Assembly (NCBI GenBank): GCA_951406725.2
Contig: OX597818.1
Span: 112,282,001-112,346,000 of the forward strand
Length of the DNA: 64,000 nucleotides
From: Octopus vulgaris
Taxonomy: Eukaryota
Reading direction: 5' to 3'
Part shown: positions 57,827 to 64,000 of the stretch, piece by piece
Layout: each line of letters opens with the position of its first letter
How positions within the stretch are numbered: position 1 is the first letter of the stretch
The notes under the pieces: generated by a model
What the model was told of the DNA's origin: nothing
The model's input: the letters and a program-made list of their open reading frames with translations, nothing else
The model's database searches: none
Program-made: the position numbers and the translations under genes

Positions 57827-57933
57827 ATTTCTTACTGAGGAATCTAAGGGCCTATGGAAGATTGGCTTGATTTAATTTAATCAGGTTAGTTTACCATTAA
57901 ACAGTAGATGAAACGGTGCATCATATAAGAAAT
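57827..57933 (+). ncRNA. Type I hammerhead, unit 1 (G16.2A variant)
   Basis: Same as unit 2 except tcatata, which breaks the C15.2-G16.2 pair. Confidence 0.65.
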
Positions 57934-58316
57934 TACAGGGTAAATGTTTTTTTAATTTTCTCCTGGTTTACGGATTTAATGTTATTTTGCGGTTAAAGCT
58001 TTGGCTGTTATTTCTAGTGGGTGAATGGCCTATTATGGCCGTTCCTTGATTGTGATGTTGAACTTAGAAATGGTCTATGACTGTTTAATTTTTTCCCACT
58101 AGGCCGCTGGTGGCAAAAAAATTCTACAAAATTTTTTTTGCCACCCTATATTGATTAATTATGAATTTTCTGGTTGATTCCGTAATGGAATCGGCGGCTT
58201 ATATTTATTTGCTGCCGATAAATTTGGCGCGAGTGCGATGATTTGAAAATTTTAGGTCAGATATTGCCGAGGCAGGGACGGAAATGCCTCGTGAAAATAT
58301 CTGTTCCGTTCTGGCT

Positions 58317-58423
58317 ATTTCTTACTGAGGAATCTAAGGGCCTATGGAAGATTGGCTTGATTTAATTGAATCAGGTTAGTTTACCATTAAACAGTAGATG
58401 AAACGGTGCATCGTATAAGAAAT
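58317..58423 (+). ncRNA. Type I hammerhead ribozyme, unit 2
   Basis: ATTTCTTA-CTGAGGA-ATCTA[58 nt]TAGAT-GAAA-CGG tgca TCG-TA^TAAGAAAT; predicted cut after 58415. Confidence 0.85.
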
Positions 58424-58806
58424 TACAGGGTAAATGTTTTTTTAATTTTCTCCTGGTTTACGGATTTAATGTTATTTTGCGGTTAAAGCTTTGGCTGTTA
58501 TTTCTAGTGGGTGAATGGCCTATTATGGCCGTTCCTTGATTGTGATGTTGAACTTAGAAATGGTCTATGACTGTTTAATTTTTTCCCACTAGGCCGCTGG
58601 TGGCAAAAAAATTCTACAAAATTTTTTTGGCCACCCTATATTGATTAATTATGAATTTTCTGGTTGATTCCGTAATGGAATCGGCGGCTTATATTTATTT
58701 GCTGCCGATAAATTTGGCGCGAGTGCGATGATTTGAAAATTTTAGGTCAGATATTGCCGAGGCAGGGACGGAAATGCCTCGTGAAAATATCTGTTCCGTT
58801 CTGGCT

Positions 58807-58913
58807 ATTTCTTACTGAGGAATCTAAGGGCCTATGGAAGATTGGCTTGATTTAATTGAATCAGGTTAGTTTACCATTAAACAGTAGATGAAACGGTGCA
58901 TCGTATAAGAAAT
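58807..58913 (+). ncRNA. Type I hammerhead ribozyme, unit 3
   Basis: Identical core; predicted cut after 58905. Confidence 0.85.
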
Positions 58914-59297
58914 TACAGGGTAAATGTTTTTTTAATTTTCTCCTGGTTTACGGAATTAATGTTATTTTGCGGTTAAAGCTTTGGCTGTTATTTCTAGTGG
59001 GTGAATGGCCTATTATGGCCGTTCCTTGATTGTGATGTTGAACTTAGAAATGGTCTATGACTATTTAATTTTTTCCCACTAGGCCGCTGGTGGCAAAAAA
59101 ATTCTACAAAATTTTTTTTTGCCACCCTATATTGATTAATTATGAATTTTGTGGTTGATTCCGTAATGGAATCGGCGGCTTATATTTATTTGCTGCCGAT
59201 AAATTTGGCGCGAGTGCGATGATTTGAAAATTTTAGGTCAGATATTGCCGAGGCAGGGACGGAAATGCCTCGTGAAAATATCTGTTCCGTTCTGGCT

Positions 59298-59404
59298 ATT
59301 TCTTACTGAGGAATCTAAGGGCCTATGGAAGATTGGCTTGATTTAATTTAATCAGGTTAGTTTACCATTAAACAGTAGATGAAACGGTGCATCGTATAAG
59401 AAAT
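59298..59404 (+). ncRNA. Type I hammerhead ribozyme, unit 4
   Basis: Identical core; predicted cut after 59396. Confidence 0.85.
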
Positions 59405-59787
59405 TACAGGGTAAATGTTTTTTTAATTTTCTCCTGATTTACGGATTTAATGTTATTTTGCGGTTAAAGCTTTGGCTGTTATTTCTAGTGGGTGAATGGC
59501 CTATTATGGCCGTTCCTTGATTGTGATGTTGAACTTAGAAATGGTCTATGACTATTTAATTTTTTCCCACTAGGCCGCTGGTGGCAAAAAAATTCTACAA
59601 AATTTTTTTTGCCACCCTATATTGATTAATTATGAATTTTCTGGTTGATTCCGTAATGGAATCGGCGGCTTATATTTATTTGCTGCCGATAAATTTGGCG
59701 CGAGTGCGATGATTTGAAAATTTTAGGTCAGATATTGCCGAGGCAGGGACGGAAATGCCTCGTGAAAATATCTGTTCCGTTCTGGCT

Positions 59788-59894
59788 ATTTCTTACTGAG
59801 GAATCTAAGGGCCTATGGAAGATTGGCTTGATTTAATTGAATCAGGTTAGTTTACCATTAAACAGTAGATGAAACGGTGCATCGTATAAGAAAT
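59788..59894 (+). ncRNA. Type I hammerhead ribozyme, unit 5
   Basis: Identical core; predicted cut after 59886. Confidence 0.85.
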
Positions 59895-60278
59895 TACAGG
59901 GTAAATGTTTTTTTAATTTTCTCCTGGTTTACGGATTTAATGTTATTTTGCGGTTAAAGCTTTGGCTGTTATTTCTAGTGGGTGAATGGCCTATTATGGC
60001 CGTTCCTTGATTGTGATGTTGAACTTAGAAATGGTCTATGACTATTTAATTTTTTCCCACTAGGCCGCTGGTGGCAAAAAAATTCTACAAAATTTTTTTT
60101 TGCCACCCTATATTGATTAATTATGAATTTTCTGGTTGATTCCGTAATGGAATCGGCGGCTTATATTTATTTGCTGCCGATAAATTTGGCGCGAGTGCGA
60201 TGATTTGAAAATTTTAGGTCAGATATTGCCGAGGCAGGGACGGAAATGCCTCGTGAAAATATCTGTTCCGTTCTGGCT

Positions 60279-60385
60279 ATTTCTTACTGAGGAATCTAAG
60301 GGCCTATGGAAGATTGGCTTGATTTAATTTAATCAGGTTAGTTTACCATTAAACAGTAGATGAAACGGTGCATCGTATAAGAAAT
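60279..60385 (+). ncRNA. Type I hammerhead ribozyme, unit 6
   Basis: Identical core; predicted cut after 60377. Confidence 0.85.
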
Positions 60386-60769
60386 TACAGGGTAAATGTT
60401 TTTTTAATTTTCTCCTGGTTTACGGAATTAATGTTATTTTGCGGTTAAAGCTTTGGCTGTTATTTCTAGTGGGTGAATGGCCTATTATGGCCGTTCCTTG
60501 ATTGTGATGTTGAACTTAGAAATGGTATATGACTATTTAATTTTTTCCCACTAGGCCGCTGGTGGCAAAAAAATTCTACAAAATTTTTTTTTGCCACCCT
60601 ATATTGATTAATTATGAATTTTCTGGTTGATTCCGTAATGGAATCGGCGGCTTATATTTATTTGCTGCCGATAAATTTGGCGCGAGTGCGATGATTTGAA
60701 AATTTTAGGTCAGATATTGCCGAGGCAGGGACGGAAATGCCTCGTGAAAATATCTGTTCCGTTCTGGCT

Positions 60770-60876
60770 ATTTCTTACTGAGGAATCTAAGGGCCTATGG
60801 AAGATTGGCTTGATTTAATTGAATCAGGTTAGTTTACCATTAAACAGTAGATGAAACGGTGCATCGTATAAGAAAT
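60770..60876 (+). ncRNA. Type I hammerhead ribozyme, unit 7
   Basis: Identical core; predicted cut after 60868. Confidence 0.85.
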
Positions 60877-61099
60877 TACAGGGTAAATGTTTTTTTAATT
60901 TTCTCCTGGTTTACGGAATTAATGTTATTTTGCGGTTAAAGCTTTGGCTGTTATTTCTAGTGGGTGAATGGCCTATTATGGCCGTTCCTTGATTGTGATG
61001 TTGAACTTAGAAATGGTATATGACTATTTAATTTTTTCCCACTAGGCCGCTGGTGGCAAAAAAATTCTACAAAATTTTTTTTTTGCCACCCTATATTGA

Positions 61100-61161
<62 letters not shown>

Positions 61162-61373
61162 CATGTATCTGCCGTGGCCCGTTGGGTCACAACCATTCCA
61201 AGTTGAAAATGTCGGGCAAGGAAAAAATACTATTTCGAATTTCATGCAATAAAATTCTTAAATAACACTGTTCTCATGCCTATGGTGTGAAAAGTTAGGC
61301 GCGACCAAATGGCCTTAAAATTTTTTCTCGCTTTCTTCTTTCACATCGTTTGTTACTACTGTTTCCAGTGAAA

Positions 61374-61454
<81 letters not shown>

Positions 61455-61582
61455 ATTGAGGGGATAATTATAATCTAGGCTTTTCCCTCGCTGCGTCAGT
61501 AGCAGTATATATATATATATGTTGAACAGTTAGCTGATCGACTTAAGCGGGGCAGGGTCGTTGTTTATTTATAATGCATTCA

Positions 61583-61628
61583 GGCCTGCTGATGAGTACG
61601 TAAGTATGAAATCACTGTGATACAGGTC
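61583..61628 (+). ncRNA. Compact type I hammerhead ribozyme in a (TA)n-bounded element (about 61521-61897)
   Basis: GGCCTG-CTGATGA-GTAC gtaa GTAT-GAAA-TCA ctg TGA-TA-CAGGTC. Confidence 0.8.
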
Positions 61629-61894
61629 TATATTTTTTTAAATGTCTTACTTTGAAAAATTGCATTCGGTGGGATTAGTAATATTTTTGGTAGAAATGAC
61701 TAATTGTCCCTCTTAGCGTTTGGCATGTATAGATAATGCCTTCTGGCATGTATGTATAATGCCCTCTATATATAAATTAATATGTTCAATAAGAAATAAT
61801 TATTTTCGAAATTTTTTCTCTTATGAGGTTTTTACGCTATCTACCTGACAATTTCTTGTTAAGTTTTCCTTATTAAGTAGTTGTCCTTAATTGC

Positions 61895-61930
<36 letters not shown>

Positions 61931-61993
61931 AATATACATATGGTTAAATATGTATACCTTAGGAATGAGAACCCACGTTTGAAATTGCCCCCA

Positions 61994-62039
61994 GACACCT
62001 GATGATGGCTGGCGGGTATATCAGCCGAAAAGTTGTGTT
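61994..62039 (+). ncRNA. Minimal hammerhead-like motif (position 15.2 mutated)
   Basis: GACAC-CTGATGA-t-GGCTG gcgggtatat CAGCC-GAAA-aG-TT-GTGTT. Confidence 0.6.
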
Positions 62040-63331
62040 AACAACAAACAAATATCCGTCAAATGTAAATACTGTAAATAATGTATATATAACAAATAGA
62101 TCCTGCCAAATAATATATGTATATAGTAGCGAATTGTAAATTTTCCTTTCTCAAATTTTTAGGAAAACGTCACAATCACCATACGACATTACATCTAAAG
62201 CGTCAGTACTAAAGGAACCCTCATATATTATAATTTTACGTACTGTGGTTGTCTGTCAGGAATATTTGGGTCTTTCCAAGTCTGTTAAGCATGCCTCTAA
62301 ATATCCAGCACACTTTTATACATTAGATGTTTAATATACAAACAGAATTTGCACAAGGAATTCCTTACAGTGTTCAATATTTACAACTCATATTATTCTT
62401 AACAAGGTGATATATTTTACACTTCATGTGTTTCTTTGGAAATTTATATAACCACATTCATTGTATGCCCCCTATACATTTCTTTTGCAATCGTTTCATA
62501 CATAATTGCGTGATATCATAATGTTTACAGGCGAAAATTATTCTTAACAATGTATAAACAACCTTGAAATTTTAAAAATATTTCATGAATTTTTATACAA
62601 AGTTTTCTTGCTTGAGGAAAATGTGAGAAGCTTATATACAAACTGGATAATGTATTCGAAACTAGATACAATAAAGATAAACTTAATGATTGTGTTTGTA
62701 AATTAAATATGAAATATATACTGATATTTTGTTGTAAACAGGTAGATGAAACATTTCCTCGAATAATGTGTATATTAATAAAAGTCTGATATAATCATCA
62801 AAGAAAAGATGATATATGTGGCCCTCATATTAAACTACTTCATTATTGCAGCAACGAGTGTGTGTGCTGATGCAATATGTAATAAGTAAGTAATAAATTG
62901 AATGAAAAGCGGATGACGAAATTGCCTTTAATAATGTCGATAGTAATCTATTCTCCGATTTCGTGAAGCTAGATCTTGCAAACTCTATGTAATTTAATCA
63001 AATTGTCACATATATATGCGACTGTTGTTCGCAGAGACTTATTCTGACTAGGGAACTTTCTCGAATTACTTTCTCTACTTGCTGTATATTAAATGTAGTC
63101 TTAATGAAACGTGACAGACATATTAGAACCATGTCTGGTCATTTAAATCTAGAAAATTTTCCTCTTCTATTAGGGATAACATATATCTCTTCGTGGCTCC
63201 GAATAACTAATCGAATATTAAGAAATAATTGGCAGTTTCTATCAATTATCTGCTTCACATTTCTTTCTATTTTTTTTTTTTGTGGGGAATGGAAACTTAT
63301 GAAAATTTTTCGTTTTCTTAAAATTAAACAT

Positions 63332-63388
63332 AGAGTAGTACCACGGTTTTCGAACAACTCTGATCACGAATAAATCGTGCTCTCACTC

Positions 63389-63470
<82 letters not shown>

Positions 63471-63608
63471 TATATACATATATATAAAGCACGATTTATT
63501 CATGATGGGAGGCGTTCGTAAACCGAGGTACTACTGTATCAAATGAATATGAGAAAGACAGGAGATAATGTACGTTAAATTCGTGATCAGAGTTGTTCGA
63601 AAATCGAG
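63332..63608. repeat. MITE-like inverted repeats around a (TG)(TA)(GA)(GACA) microsatellite
   Basis: 63334-63381 is imperfectly inverted at 63488-63536; a further inverted piece lies at 63580-63608. Confidence 0.6.
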
Positions 63609-64000
63609 TTTCTAGCGTATTTATGTTTTCTTTGCCAAGCAATATGAAACTATTTGACGATTAAAATTAAGTTAATTTAATTGAACATTAAGTGTGTAAG
63701 ATATCAATATCCTGTACACTCATGAGAATTTTGTCCAAGTTTTCCACATCATTTTATTCAAGGTTACATCAAAATATTACCTAAATGAATATTTTTGGTG
63801 AATGAGAAAAATGTTGCTGCCTTATACAAAAATGTATAAATTTTACTCTTTCAAATGTTTTGGCGCAAGACATGTGGCCATACATGATCATCACCTAAAA
63901 AAGAAATTTACTGAATTATAAATTGTCAATGATAAATGTCAACATTATTTACATTATTTACATTTCACGGATATTTTTCCGCATCTTGTTTGTTTGTTAA

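Larger units (their letters stand above)
57698..61107 (+). repeat. Tandem array of about 6.95 x 490/491-bp units, each with a hammerhead ribozyme (retrozyme-like satellite)
   Basis: Unit marker tcggcggc starts at 57701, 58191, 58681, 59172, 59662, 60153 and 60644; only a few SNPs and poly-T length differences separate the units; the array ends at (TA)n. Confidence 0.97.

Noticed and set aside
58485-58545. Possible HDV-like ribozyme on the minus strand of the 490-bp unit (ctaGAAAtaacagccaaa resembles a P4-J4/2 end)
   Set aside because: P1/P2/P3 nested double pseudoknot could not be assembled.
57698-61107. CRISPR array, rDNA/5S or snRNA tandem interpretation
   Set aside because: No unique spacers, no cas genes and no recognisable rRNA, snRNA or tRNA sequence in the unit.

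Overview
AT-rich, microsatellite-dense eukaryotic intergenic or intronic DNA, most likely from an Octopus (cephalopod) genome. That is an inference from the tRNA-derived SINE families, the octopus-type C2H2 zinc-finger remnant and the repeat landscape. No intact host gene is visible. The window is a mosaic of transposons: Penelope-like elements (PLEs, RT thumb plus GIY-YIG) sitting in (TA)n, Dong/R4 RLE LINEs sitting in (TAA)n, mariner and Tc1 relics, a Gypsy integrase relic, an ORF1-only L1/Tx1-like insertion with a 17-bp TSD, Helentron-like HINEs and more than 20 SINEs. The main discovery is non-coding. A near-perfect array of about 7 x 490-bp units (57698-61107) carries a complete type I hammerhead ribozyme in each unit (8-bp stem I, CUGAGGA/GAAA core, GUA cleavage site, unusual 58-nt insertion in stem II). 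The array is fused back-to-back to a PLE copy inside one (TA)n tract, so it is a candidate PLE-mobilised retrozyme or circular-RNA system. At least six other hammerhead or hammerhead-like motifs from unrelated families occur in the window, including U3-A8 compensatory core variants. All RNA folds were derived by eye and none has been tested for activity.
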